A stretch of DNA of 64,000 bases from Fibrobacteria bacterium (GCA_050294405.1 JBNKOC010000024.1:32001-96000), one strand, 5' to 3'; numbered from the stretch's first letter, positions 29,153 through 38,665 are shown. Translations and numbers: made by a program. The notes: generated from the letters alone by a model not told the origin.

Positions 29153-30095
29153 AACGAGCCAGCTCTTTTTCTAGGTTTTCCAATTTTTCTTCATTGGTCA
29201 TGCCCAAACCTTTTTGGCTAAAATCTTCATAATGATCCGCGTTTTCATTTTTGTAAAAAAGTCCAATGGGATACAATTCCGTATTGGCTGCCAAATCTCT
29301 AGCTTCATTTAAATCAGAAGGATCGTGTGGAATTCTGTTGGTGAATATTTTTTGAAGAGAATCCGGCACTTCAATACCATTTGGGTGTTCCATTAGCTGA
29401 AGCAATTCGGGATCCCTTTGGCAGGGTTCATAAACTTCTGAGGTGTAATGCGGGCATCGCTGCAATATGCGCACAAAGCTAAAACCTCGATGTTTATAAG
29501 CTGCATGAAGCGTGTTATATAGATGAATGGGGTTCCAATCAACAGTTTGAGCCACAAAAGAGGCGTTTTCAATTCCCAATGTTACCGAAATGGGATTGAT
29601 GGGGTTTAAATATGCCCCGGTGGGATGGGTGTTGCTGTGTTTTCCTTTTTTAGTGGTGGGACTGGTCTGTTTTTTAGTAAGGCCGTATATGTTATTATCT
29701 AATAACATAACGGTCATATTCATATTATAGCGAATGGCATGTATCCAGTGGGCAGTCCCGATGGCGCAACAATCGCCATCCCCTGTCGCCACAAAAATAT
29801 GAAGGTCAGGCCTTCTGCTGCGAACCCCACAAGCAACGGGAAAGGCCCTGCCATGCAAGCCGTGAAAACCATAGGTTTTCATGTAATGGGGAAAGCGACT
29901 GGAACAGCCAATTCCAGACACCACCACGGTTTTTTCAGGGGGCAGCTGTTCTGCGCGGCATATTTTTTGGACAGCAGATAAAACCGGCAAATCTCCGCAT
30001 CCCGAACACCACCTCGCTGTGGCTCCCTCATAGTCAGAAAGAGAAAAAAATTGAGGACGTGGGGATATGGCCCAATCCGTATTAAATCCAATCAT
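29142..30095 (-). CDS. korB: 2-oxoacid:ferredoxin oxidoreductase beta subunit (TPP-binding)
   Basis: WCSGCGD, SGIGCSSR, LHGRA, TGDGD...DNNIYGLTKKQTSPT and QRCP. Confidence 0.9.
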   Translation of the reverse strand: MIGFNTDWAISPRPQFFSLSDYEGATARWCSGCGDLPVLSAVQKICRAEQLPPEKTVVVSGIGCSSRFPHYMKTYGFHGLHGRAFPVACGVRSRRPDLHIFVATGDGDCCAIGTAHWIHAIRYNMNMTVMLLDNNIYGLTKKQTSPTTKKGKHSNTHPTGAYLNPINPISVTLGIENASFVAQTVDWNPIHLYNTLHAAYKHRGFSFVRILQRCPHYTSEVYEPCQRDPELLQLMEHPNGIEVPDSLQKIFTNRIPHDPSDLNEARDLAANTELYPIGLFYKNENADHYEDFSQKGLGMTNEEKLENLEKELARYEI

Positions 30096-31996
30096 TTGGA
30101 TACCTCCGTATTCATTTTTTCCCGGATAACATCTTCTATGACTCCAGGGCTTAAAGGGATTCCAGGAACCCGCGACCAGGAGTCCACATCCACTAAAGTT
30201 TGACTGCGTAACAATGAGGCCAGTTGGGCGTAGCGTCTTTCTGAAAGGCTATCCCCCAAAGATTCCACAGGATCGCTGTAATTGATTTCCACAGTCATTA
30301 CCTTTTTAAATTTCGAAAAGATTTCCTTTAAACCTGGTTCCATAGGAAACAAATACCTCAGATGTATGGAGCTTACTTTTTTGCCTTCCTCGCGAAGCCT
30401 ATCCACAGCCTCTTCTATAGCCCCTAAAGTGGAACCCCAGCCAACTATTAGCATATCACCACTGGCATCCCCGTGGATTTCCGGCGGATTCAAGGACTTT
30501 TGAAAAGTACGGAATTTCGCACTTCGTTTTTCCATGCTATGTTGGTTAGCTGACGACTGGTAAGCAATTTTGCTTAGGGAATTATGGGCCAAGCCAGTTA
30601 ATACATAGTTTCCATTTTTTTGCCCGGGAATAGGACGTTGAGATAACCCTGTCTCTTCATCCCAATCAAAGGGCTTCACCTCTGGATCCCAGGGAGATTG
30701 ATCAATGGGTGGAGACAGCCAGGATTCGTCCAGCTTTGGTTTGGGAAAAGGTTGCACTCCTGTTGCCAAATTAGCATCCGTCAATACAATAACCGGACCC
30801 CTAAAAAGCTCCGCCAATTTTCGGGCTGTTACCATAAAGTGAAAACATTCCTCAATGGTGGCCGCCGCCATCACAATTTTTGGAGAATCTCCGGGAGAAG
30901 CATTTAAACTTGCCAACAAATCGCCTTGTTCCACTCTGGTGGGTAAACCTGTGGAAGGTCCACCCCGTTGCACATCCACTATAACCAGAGGAATTTCTGC
31001 CATCACGGCTAAACCAATAAACTCTGTTTTTAAAGCCAAGCCTGGACCCGATGTTATGGTCAAGGCGGTTTTGCCGGCATAAGAAGCCCCGATAGCAAAA
31101 CCTATGGCTGCAATTTCATCTTCGGCCTGATGGACAAAGCCACCCACTTTTTCAAACACGCTGGCTAAATAATGTGAAGCGGATGTTGCCGGAGTTATGG
31201 GATACATGGAGCACAATTCGAAACCTGCTGCCATAGAACCCAACGCGATAGCCTGATTTCCGTTGCTCACCAGCAAGGGCTCCGGGTTCGGTTTAACAGG
31301 CACTTCAAATTGAATACCCAGGTTTTCCTCAGCCCATTTGAAGCCAGCATCAAGCAAAGCCAGGTTAGAGTCAATTACCTTTTGCCCTTTGCGAAAAAAC
31401 TTTCGACTCACTTCCTCTTTTACAAGACCCATGTCTCTGGAATACATAAAACTCAACAAACCTAAAACCCAAATATTTTTACCTCTTCTTGGATCTGGCA
31501 CAATTTTCAAGCAATCCTCTTCCATGGGAATTTCAATAACCTCGTATCCCTTGGATGCAAAATCTTTTACAGCGGATTTATAAGACTCCTGTATAGCGGT
31601 ATCTGGATCGTTTTGCCATTTATTTTCCAACAACAACAAAGTGCCTTCCTTAAAGGCGCCCACATCAATTCGGCTGTAGGGAACTTGCTCGTTTAAAGCA
31701 ACCACAACATCGGCGCAGTCCCCCATATTCCCCACGGGATTAGTGCCTAAGCGGATGCGGTTTCCACTGGCGCCTTCTTTAGAACGCTGGGGTGGTTCAA
31801 TTTCTGCAGGAATGATTTCCACCGTCCAAACTCCATTTCCCATTTTGGCGCTAACGATTCCGAAAATTTGGCCGGCCGTTTGGGTGCCTTCACCGGAATC
31901 ACTAACGATTTCTAAAATATGTTGAGGGACAGTTTTAATATCTGTCTTCTTGTTTAGAGCATTTTGCTCCAGCGACTGAACATTCATAATGCGCAC
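30092..31996 (-). CDS. korA: 2-oxoacid:ferredoxin oxidoreductase alpha subunit (gamma-alpha fusion)
   Basis: DSGEG, GNQAIALG, MYPITPAT, QAEDEIAA, TSGPGLALK, QRGGPSTGLPT and VGWGST. Start may be ATG 31987. Confidence 0.92.
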   Translation of the reverse strand: MRIMNVQSLEQNALNKKTDIKTVPQHILEIVSDSGEGTQTAGQIFGIVSAKMGNGVWTVEIIPAEIEPPQRSKEGASGNRIRLGTNPVGNMGDCADVVVALNEQVPYSRIDVGAFKEGTLLLLENKWQNDPDTAIQESYKSAVKDFASKGYEVIEIPMEEDCLKIVPDPRRGKNIWVLGLLSFMYSRDMGLVKEEVSRKFFRKGQKVIDSNLALLDAGFKWAEENLGIQFEVPVKPNPEPLLVSNGNQAIALGSMAAGFELCSMYPITPATSASHYLASVFEKVGGFVHQAEDEIAAIGFAIGASYAGKTALTITSGPGLALKTEFIGLAVMAEIPLVIVDVQRGGPSTGLPTRVEQGDLLASLNASPGDSPKIVMAAATIEECFHFMVTARKLAELFRGPVIVLTDANLATGVQPFPKPKLDESWLSPPIDQSPWDPEVKPFDWDEETGLSQRPIPGQKNGNYVLTGLAHNSLSKIAYQSSANQHSMEKRSAKFRTFQKSLNPPEIHGDASGDMLIVGWGSTLGAIEEAVDRLREEGKKVSSIHLRYLFPMEPGLKEIFSKFKKVMTVEINYSDPVESLGDSLSERRYAQLASLLRSQTLVDVDSWSRVPGIPLSPGVIEDVIREKMNTEVSK

Positions 31997-32026
31997 TCAT
32001 GGGTTGTTTCATTTTACCCCAACTCA

Positions 32027-32042
32027 AGCAATTTAAATGCCA
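32027..32042 (-). promoter_or_regulatory. Sigma-54 (-24/-12) promoter of the kor-rnf operon
   Basis: The minus strand reads TGGCATTTAAATTGCT, exact GG-N10-GC spacing, about 30-40 bp upstream of korA. Confidence 0.78.
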
Positions 32043-32110
32043 GGCACTTATTAATATCACAAAAGCCTCAAATGTCATATTTGATAATCATTTCAAAATG
32101 CACTGTACTT

Positions 32111-32178
32111 TTGTAAAATGGCAAACTAGTCAATTTGTCAAATCCCATGTCAAATGATCAGACGGCGATAAAAATGGC
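32111..32178. promoter_or_regulatory. Array of four putative enhancer-binding protein sites
   Basis: TTGTAAAATGGCA (32111-23), AGTCAATTTGTCA (32128-40), TGTCAAATGATCA (32148-60) and CGATAAAATGGCA (32166-78), 17-20 bp apart, about 70-135 bp upstream of the sigma-54 element. Confidence 0.6.
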
Positions 32179-32500
32179 AAACATTTTTATTTGAAGAATT
32201 TTCTCAAAATTATTACCCAACCAAGCTTATTTGGGAAAATTTTGAATTCAATTTTCCTTGATTATCTAAGCCTTTCCTTTTTCCTATAGATTTTGCGCCA
32301 TGGATCCAATCGACTCTTCCCTTGGCAATTTCCCCCTCCCTACCAAATTCTTACCGCCAGATAAAATTTTCATAATCCAATTCTAAATTTATCTTTGATG
32401 ATAAATTTTTATGCTTTTTGTACTATTAAAGTTCCTTTTTCCTTATTTTCTACAACTAAACCCACATAATTGGATTTATATTTTAATCTGTTGAAGGGGA

Positions 32501-33916
32501 GTGTTGGTGTTGCTTTTTAAAGCTTTTACAAGCCATTTTAATGTGCCATTGAAAACTAGACCAGGAGCCCTATTTCTGGTTTGGCTGCTTTCCTTGTCCT
32601 ATGCCACTGCCAGCGAAGAAGCGCCCAAAGTTTACTTATCTTCCTCTTTGGATTTAGGCCATGTTTATGAGGGCAAACAAGCAGGTCAGGAGGTAGAAAG
32701 GCTCCCCCTCAATCGAAACACCGTTAAAATGGGCGTAGGCCAGTACTGGAGTTCTGACTGGGAATTAAAAGGCGTATTCAAAAATATTATATGGTGGCCC
32801 TTTGGCGGGAACAGCACCCAACCCTTTGAACGGGTTGTTCGTGTGGAACCTTCCCTGGAAGATGTAAGCGCCACCAGGCATTTTGACAATGGGTTTTTTA
32901 GGTTCGGTTTTTTTCCTTACAAGTACAACCAAAATGCAATGGATTTAGGTGAGTATTTACATCGCAGTGGCACTTATCCAGGCTACCTGATTTCAAATTA
33001 CAATTGGGAACTTATGAACGGAGCCACCCATTACTTTTATGGAGGGCTGTTTCGTTACACTCATTTGGAAGGTATGTTAACCCATAACATAAGCCTTTCC
33101 TTTGAAAGCGAAATCAATCCCATCGGGGACATAACGCCTGCTTATGATTTTAATTTAAAAACAGGCCCCTTGGAAATTGGCGGAGGGATAGCCTTTAACC
33201 ATCTCATATCATTTAGGCCCAGCCGTTTGGCCCCCAAAGATCCCACTAACGCCTGGGTGAGCTTTGACACCACCGTTGTCATTCAACCTGCAGATTCAAT
33301 CCAAGCTGCCGATACTACCGTCATCCCTGCCTATACGGGTTTTTTAAGCCAGGCAGGAGTTTCTGTTCGCCGACCCATTATCCAGGACGAAATTTTTACG
33401 CCAGAAGCGGAATACATCACCCACCGGGGAATAAAACTCATGGGAATGGCCTCCCTGAATCTGGGCTTTTTAATTCCCGAGGAATATCGAAACCCCAGAG
33501 ATTTAACTTTGTTTATGGAAATGGCTGTTTTAGGTTTGGAAAACCAGGCCTCCTATTACGAAAAACGCTCCCAGAGAATCCCCGTAATGTTTGGTATTAA
33601 CATTCCCAGCTTCAAACTACTGGATGTTTTGTGCTTCCAGATGGAATATTACGGCACTCCCTATGATAACTTTGGCAACTACAACCAAAAATCCTTACCC
33701 CAATGGACTTATTCCAACCAACCCAACTACCGGGACGATTGGAAATGGGCGGCCTATTTATCCAAGACTTTTAACCCCCTCTTTAAATTTCACTTTCTTG
33801 TTGCCAACGATCATTTGAGGGCCCTTGCTTTTGATGTTATTAAAACAGATATTGCCCTGACTCAAAACCCAAGCCACTGGTATTACTTGGCCAAATTTGA
33901 ATTTGGAATATTTTAA
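32501..33916 (+). CDS. Hypothetical outer-membrane beta-barrel protein, paralog 1
   Basis: Signal peptide; GFFPYKYNQNAMDLGEYLHRSGTYPG; ends YYLAKFEFGIF; clearly homologous to the next gene. Confidence 0.65.
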   Translation: MLVLLFKAFTSHFNVPLKTRPGALFLVWLLSLSYATASEEAPKVYLSSSLDLGHVYEGKQAGQEVERLPLNRNTVKMGVGQYWSSDWELKGVFKNIIWWPFGGNSTQPFERVVRVEPSLEDVSATRHFDNGFFRFGFFPYKYNQNAMDLGEYLHRSGTYPGYLISNYNWELMNGATHYFYGGLFRYTHLEGMLTHNISLSFESEINPIGDITPAYDFNLKTGPLEIGGGIAFNHLISFRPSRLAPKDPTNAWVSFDTTVVIQPADSIQAADTTVIPAYTGFLSQAGVSVRRPIIQDEIFTPEAEYITHRGIKLMGMASLNLGFLIPEEYRNPRDLTLFMEMAVLGLENQASYYEKRSQRIPVMFGINIPSFKLLDVLCFQMEYYGTPYDNFGNYNQKSLPQWTYSNQPNYRDDWKWAAYLSKTFNPLFKFHFLVANDHLRALAFDVIKTDIALTQNPSHWYYLAKFEFGIF

Positions 33917-33918
33917 TT

Positions 33919-35337
33919 ATGAAATGTATTAAAGCTGAAATTATTAAATACTGTCTGCCTATTTTTTCCTTGTGTTTATCGGCCTATGGGCAGGAGCCAG
34001 AAATTAGCCAATTAAAAGTTAAGGGCTATCTGGATTTTGGCCATTTGGTAAATGGCCGAAACATTGAGGCTTCTGGCAATCAAAGTATTGATATGTTAGC
34101 CTTAAATAGAGGTAATGTGACTCTTAGCCAATCCGTACGTCTGGGAGATGATTTCGAAGTGGATGCCGGACTTACAGGTTTAATATGGTGGCCTTTTTCA
34201 GACCGGACCACCCAGCCCAACACCCGCGTCATGCGGGTTAAACCAATGGTGCCTCTGGCGCGGGCAAAATGGAAATTTGGCGATGGGCAAGGAAATCACG
34301 GGCATATTCAGGTGGGCACCTTTCCTTACAAATACAACCCCGATGCAAAAAACCTTGGCGAATATTTATATCGTTCCGGCACTTATCCCGGATTTTTATT
34401 TACTACAGAAGGCTGGCTTTTTATGAACAGAGCCGGGCAATATGCCCATGGTTTACAGGGCAATTTCACCCATTTAAACGGGATGCTCAGCCATAACTTT
34501 TCTCTTTTTATGGAAATGGTATATTACCCCATAGGCGACTTTTCTCCAGGTTATGATTTTAGCTTTAAAACCAAGTTTATTGAATTGGGTGGCGGCATTG
34601 TGCTAAACCATTTTCTACCCATTCGCCCCAGCCTGTTAGAGCCGAATGAAGAGAGTAATATTTACGTAACTTTACCTCAGGGTCTAGATCCGGTAGATGC
34701 AAATCATGTATATTACGGCCCCAAAGACCGCGCCCCCAATGTGGACGACTCTTTGCTGATTGAAATCGAGCGTTGGACCCATAAGGGAATAAAATTGATG
34801 GGCCGGGTAAATGTAAACTTGAATAGCTTACTGCCTGAAGGAAGCTCTTCCCCCGAGGATTTAAAAATATTTTTAGAAGCCGCAGTTTTAGGGTGGAAAG
34901 ACTACCCTTTGTATTACGAAAAAAGAGCTGAAAGAATTCCCGTTATGTTTGGCGTGAATCTGCCCAGTTTTAAATTGCTGGATGTATTGAGTGTGCAATT
35001 GGAATACTATGGCTCAGCCTTTAATGACTTTTATTTATTTAACGGGGAATCCGACCCCAGATGGAACTATACAAACGGCGAGTTATCGACCTATTTGGAT
35101 AGCAGCCGCGCAGGAACTCTGGAAAATTGGAAAAAGGATGCCGCCATTCACGAAGACGATATAAAATGGTCCATTTATGCTAAAAAAAGCTTCAATAAAG
35201 TATTTACACTATACACACAGGTAGCCAGTGACCATTTCAGACTGGTTAACGAAGCGCTCACTACCAGTTCAGCTCCCCTGACAAGTACTCCCAAGGAATG
35301 GTATTATTTGCTGAGGCTGGAGTTTAATCTTCGCTAG
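33919..35337 (+). CDS. Hypothetical outer-membrane beta-barrel protein, paralog 2
   Basis: GTFPYKYNPDAKNLGEYLYRSGTYPG, THKGIKLMG and RIPVMFGVNLPSFKLLDVL are shared with paralog 1; ends YYLLRLEFNLR. Confidence 0.65.
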   Translation: MKCIKAEIIKYCLPIFSLCLSAYGQEPEISQLKVKGYLDFGHLVNGRNIEASGNQSIDMLALNRGNVTLSQSVRLGDDFEVDAGLTGLIWWPFSDRTTQPNTRVMRVKPMVPLARAKWKFGDGQGNHGHIQVGTFPYKYNPDAKNLGEYLYRSGTYPGFLFTTEGWLFMNRAGQYAHGLQGNFTHLNGMLSHNFSLFMEMVYYPIGDFSPGYDFSFKTKFIELGGGIVLNHFLPIRPSLLEPNEESNIYVTLPQGLDPVDANHVYYGPKDRAPNVDDSLLIEIERWTHKGIKLMGRVNVNLNSLLPEGSSSPEDLKIFLEAAVLGWKDYPLYYEKRAERIPVMFGVNLPSFKLLDVLSVQLEYYGSAFNDFYLFNGESDPRWNYTNGELSTYLDSSRAGTLENWKKDAAIHEDDIKWSIYAKKSFNKVFTLYTQVASDHFRLVNEALTTSSAPLTSTPKEWYYLLRLEFNLR

Positions 35338-35356
35338 GTTGAAGGAGGATATTTAA

Positions 35357-36568
35357 GTGATTAACAAAATATGGAACCCAACAATTTTCAAAAGCTTAGG
35401 CCTTTGTGTATTACTTTTCCCAGCTGCCTATTCTCAAGCTGTGGACCTATCCCCCTTGCCAAATTCCCACTTGTCAGAAATGAATGTATTGTTAATGCAG
35501 GATAAAACCACAGGCGCGCACCACGAATCTGCCCTGATTGTTGAGGGTTATTGGCAGGAGTTCAGTAATCAGCTGGGATTTGACCTCACTATCACTTCAA
35601 ACAATTCAGATATAAACAGCAGTAATCTGGCCAACTACGATATTCTGGTATTCAATTACACAACCAACGTGGCAGATGGAAATAACAACTTTACAAGCAA
35701 CCAAAGAAGCGCCTTGCAGGAATACATGGAAAACGGCGGGCATTGGATAGGATACCATACCGCCTCCATGCCCAGAGAAGGCCAATGGGACTGGTACCGG
35801 CACAATGTAATTTTAGGTTTGTACAACCTACCCTACCATGGATTACAGGATGGAACCATGAACAAAACCACAGATGAAACTATTCGCAACCATCCCATTA
35901 TGACCGGAATGCCCGAATCCGTGGATGCAAATGACGAATGGTATAACTTGGCTCACGGCGATTACTTCGATGAAGCCAATGTAATGTATTATATCGATGA
36001 GAACACAATGGATGGACATGACCATGCCGATAACCTGCCTCCGGAAATGTTAGCGTTACCAATTGCCCAAAGACATCCCATTATGTGGTACCGAGAAAAC
36101 CCCTCAAATGGAGGCCGCCAGTTTTATACGGGTCTTATTCACAATCCGGTGGGCGCTGGCAGTGATTGGTTTAAGCTCATTGTGTTAAGAAGCGCCGAAT
36201 ATGTATCGGGAATCGACCCGGATGTTCCTGGCTGTCCCGATCCTGCTTTCATAGAGTTTAACCCGGACCGAACATCGGACGATTCCACCTTATGTGAAAA
36301 CTTAGGTATAAACGATAAGGCAGGGCAACTAGGCGATTATATCAAGTTTAAGCAAGCCTCTGAATTTATTGAATTTAAAGCCTGGCACCCTGGCAATTAT
36401 CGCCTGACCCTTCAGGATGCATCAGGAAAAGTATTATTCCAAAAGGATTTGCAAAACAATACCCGTGCCCAGATTCCCACCTTAGATTTAAAAGCCGGGA
36501 TTTATTTTGTAACCACACTTAGAAATAACAAAGCGGTAGCTCAGCAAAAATTTGCCATTAGCAAATAG
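35357..36568 (+). CDS. Secreted ThuA-like (class I glutamine amidotransferase-fold) protein with a Cys linker and T9SS-like C-terminal domain
   Basis: LANYDILVF, GGHWIGYHTAS, HPIM, DEWYN, HPIMW and GGRQFYTGLIH; tail LQDASGKVL...LKAGIYFV. Confidence 0.78.
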   Translation: MINKIWNPTIFKSLGLCVLLFPAAYSQAVDLSPLPNSHLSEMNVLLMQDKTTGAHHESALIVEGYWQEFSNQLGFDLTITSNNSDINSSNLANYDILVFNYTTNVADGNNNFTSNQRSALQEYMENGGHWIGYHTASMPREGQWDWYRHNVILGLYNLPYHGLQDGTMNKTTDETIRNHPIMTGMPESVDANDEWYNLAHGDYFDEANVMYYIDENTMDGHDHADNLPPEMLALPIAQRHPIMWYRENPSNGGRQFYTGLIHNPVGAGSDWFKLIVLRSAEYVSGIDPDVPGCPDPAFIEFNPDRTSDDSTLCENLGINDKAGQLGDYIKFKQASEFIEFKAWHPGNYRLTLQDASGKVLFQKDLQNNTRAQIPTLDLKAGIYFVTTLRNNKAVAQQKFAISK

Positions 36569-36589
36569 GCAGGCTTCACTTCCATTTCC

Positions 36590-36615
36590 AAGGGGGCAAA
36601 AAGCCCCCTTTTTTC
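36590..36615 (+). terminator. Rho-independent terminator
   Basis: AAGGGGGC-AAAAA-GCCCCCTT hairpin followed by a T-tract, just after the ThuA-like gene. Confidence 0.8.
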
Positions 36616-36649
36616 TTTTTTATAAGGAATAAAAAGGTTTTTTTAAAAC

Positions 36650-36680
36650 CGGGAACTTTTTCGGGGCTTTTGTTGTCTTA
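36650..36680 (+). promoter_or_regulatory. ECF sigma promoter upstream of the sigma gene
   Basis: CGGGAACTTTTTC...TGTCTTA; GGAACT-N17-GTCT. Confidence 0.72.
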
Positions 36681-36727
36681 GGATAGAGACAAGGATAATA
36701 TTATAACAGAATCCGCATAATTGATAA

Positions 36728-37321
36728 TTGAATATGAAGCAGTCGTTGGAAATGAATCAAAAAAATCTGGAATCCGAAGAACTTTCCTGGATTGAAGATT
36801 TTAAAAAAGGGGAGGAACAGGGCTTTAATCGACTGGTTTTAAAGCACAAAAATAAAGTTTTTAGAATTTGCGTACGAATGCTGGGAGATATCAATCTGGC
36901 TGATGACTGTGCTCAGGAATGCTTTGTAAAAGTTTGGAAAGGGCTGCCGGCTTTTCGGGGTGACTCCAAATTTTCCAGCTGGCTTTACCGCCTGGTACTT
37001 AATACATGTTACAATACCATCCAATCCAAGCACTATAAACGAAATCAGAAGTCCGTAGATTTTTACGATTCGGAACTGCCCGATAAATCTTCCAACCGCA
37101 GTTCGGCAGAAGGCTTGGAACAGCACTTCAAAACTAAGGCTATCCATCGCTGCATGGACAAGTTGGATAATAATCAACGTGAAACAATAATTTTAAGAGA
37201 TTTAGAATCAGAAACTTACGAAGATATATCCGAAATCTTAAAAGAGAGTTTAGGCACCATTAAGTCCCGTCTCTTCAGAGCCCGGCAACAACTAAGGCAC
37301 TGCCTGGAGGGACTCTTGTAA
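36728..37321 (+). CDS. ECF-type RNA polymerase sigma factor
   Basis: ADDCAQECFVKVW, FRGDSKFSSWLYR and YEDISEIL...GTIKSRLFRARQQL. Confidence 0.93.
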   Translation: MNMKQSLEMNQKNLESEELSWIEDFKKGEEQGFNRLVLKHKNKVFRICVRMLGDINLADDCAQECFVKVWKGLPAFRGDSKFSSWLYRLVLNTCYNTIQSKHYKRNQKSVDFYDSELPDKSSNRSSAEGLEQHFKTKAIHRCMDKLDNNQRETIILRDLESETYEDISEILKESLGTIKSRLFRARQQLRHCLEGLL

Positions 37322-38595
37322 TGGAGCATCAGGACTTTCAGGAACTGTTGGAAGAATATGCGAAGGGCAACCTGCCAGAGAAGACCCAGGCAGATGTTTA
37401 TAGCCATGTAATAGGTTGTGCCAGTTGCCAGGCAGAACTGAAATTTCTGGAAAATTACTTTGGAGCAGTGGAAAAGATGGAACAACCCCTGCCCTCTCCT
37501 GATTTTTTAGCCAAGGTTCACAAAAGGATTGAAAAACTACCTCAGAAAAAAATCCAGGCGGCTGCGGAAAAAATAAAGAGGCCTTTTTGGAACTGGAGGG
37601 TTATTGGGTTAATATCTACCTGCCTGGTGATAGTTTCTGTGCTTATTGTCCATCAAAACCAGCTTCCAAAATCAGAAATGGCTTTTGAGAAAAAGTCAGA
37701 ACAAAGCAATGCACCAAAGGCAACTGCTCAGTCAGAAAAAACCGATGCCTCGCAGGCATACCCTATCCCGAAGGAAAACCAAGCTCAACAAGATATTTTC
37801 GCAAAAAACAAAGAAGGCAACTCAAGAAAAGAAAGCTTAAATGATGTCAAGGAGCCCTTGCAAAAGCAAATACTCCCCAAGCTGGAGGAAGATAAAAACA
37901 CCGGAGCCATGTTGCGAAAGGCAGCCCCCAAAAAAAGCGAGAGCTACCAAGACGCAAGGGAAGCCGGAAGAATGGCTGCGGAAAGAATGGCTAAAGACAA
38001 AGCCTACAATGAAATAGCCAAGTTAAAAGAAGAGGCCGAAGAAATCCCCCTGCAAGGATTTGCTAAGAGCAAACCTATAAATGAGGCACCTGAGAATAAG
38101 GCTTTGGTTATGGAATCAGCTCCAAAAAGTTCACCAGATGTATCTGAAGAACCGCAACCAAGCACAATGGCAGCCTCAGCTCCCGAGGAAGCGGATGAGG
38201 AAATGGAAATGGATTTTGAAAGTATTGCAGCAGCTCCCCCGGCTCCACAAAAAATGGAGCGGGCTGTAATTTCAACCAATGAAAAACAAACCAAGGCCTC
38301 TAAACCTGCCGAAAAAAAGAAAAGCAAAATCAAATTAGCCTGGCCTGAAAAACATTGGGTTTGGACTTTAAGCCGCAAAGATAGCTCAAAAATTGATTTA
38401 AATGATGTTCTGCAAGTCATTGAAGGGTATTGGGATAGCCATATCTTTAACAAAAAACCCGGAGAGTTGGACTTTTATATTCCCAGGGATCAAATAAGGC
38501 CTCTAATTAAGGGACTTATCATTTCGGGTTACCAGTTGAAGGAAAATAACCAGGCCCACCAACTGGAAAAGATCTACATCCGGCTGCGCTTCTAA
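37321..38595 (+). CDS. Zinc-binding (ZAS/zf-HC2) transmembrane anti-sigma factor with a long low-complexity extracytoplasmic region
   Basis: HVIGCASC (HxxxCxxC); one TM (VIGLISTCLVIVSVLIV); E/K/A/P/M-rich tail; overlaps the sigma stop codon. Confidence 0.82.
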   Translation: MEHQDFQELLEEYAKGNLPEKTQADVYSHVIGCASCQAELKFLENYFGAVEKMEQPLPSPDFLAKVHKRIEKLPQKKIQAAAEKIKRPFWNWRVIGLISTCLVIVSVLIVHQNQLPKSEMAFEKKSEQSNAPKATAQSEKTDASQAYPIPKENQAQQDIFAKNKEGNSRKESLNDVKEPLQKQILPKLEEDKNTGAMLRKAAPKKSESYQDAREAGRMAAERMAKDKAYNEIAKLKEEAEEIPLQGFAKSKPINEAPENKALVMESAPKSSPDVSEEPQPSTMAASAPEEADEEMEMDFESIAAAPPAPQKMERAVISTNEKQTKASKPAEKKKSKIKLAWPEKHWVWTLSRKDSSKIDLNDVLQVIEGYWDSHIFNKKPGELDFYIPRDQIRPLIKGLIISGYQLKENNQAHQLEKIYIRLRF

Positions 38596-38610
38596 AAAAA
38601 AATAATTTTT

Positions 38611-38641
38611 CGGGAACTTTTTCAGAACTTCTCCTGTCTTA
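38611..38641 (+). promoter_or_regulatory. Second ECF sigma promoter, upstream of the vWA gene
   Basis: CGGGAACTTTTTC...TGTCTTA, with boxes and spacing identical to 36650-36680. Confidence 0.72.
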
Positions 38642-38665
38642 TGGATATCACATAAGGAGGAAATT

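Noticed and set aside
32111..32178. Mini-CRISPR or iteron array
   Set aside because: The units are about 13 bp and degenerate with 4-7 bp gaps, far too short for spacers, and no cas or rep gene is nearby.
32040..32200. NifA UAS (TGT-N10-ACA) or FNR box (TTGAT-N4-ATCAA), i.e. a nif-type rnf
   Set aside because: I found no exact match to either, and there are no nif genes in the window; the repeated motif has different spacing.
32200..32500. Possible ncRNA or riboswitch in the long intergenic region
   Set aside because: AT-rich with no convincing conserved stem-loops by eye; an Rfam/Infernal search would be needed to exclude it.
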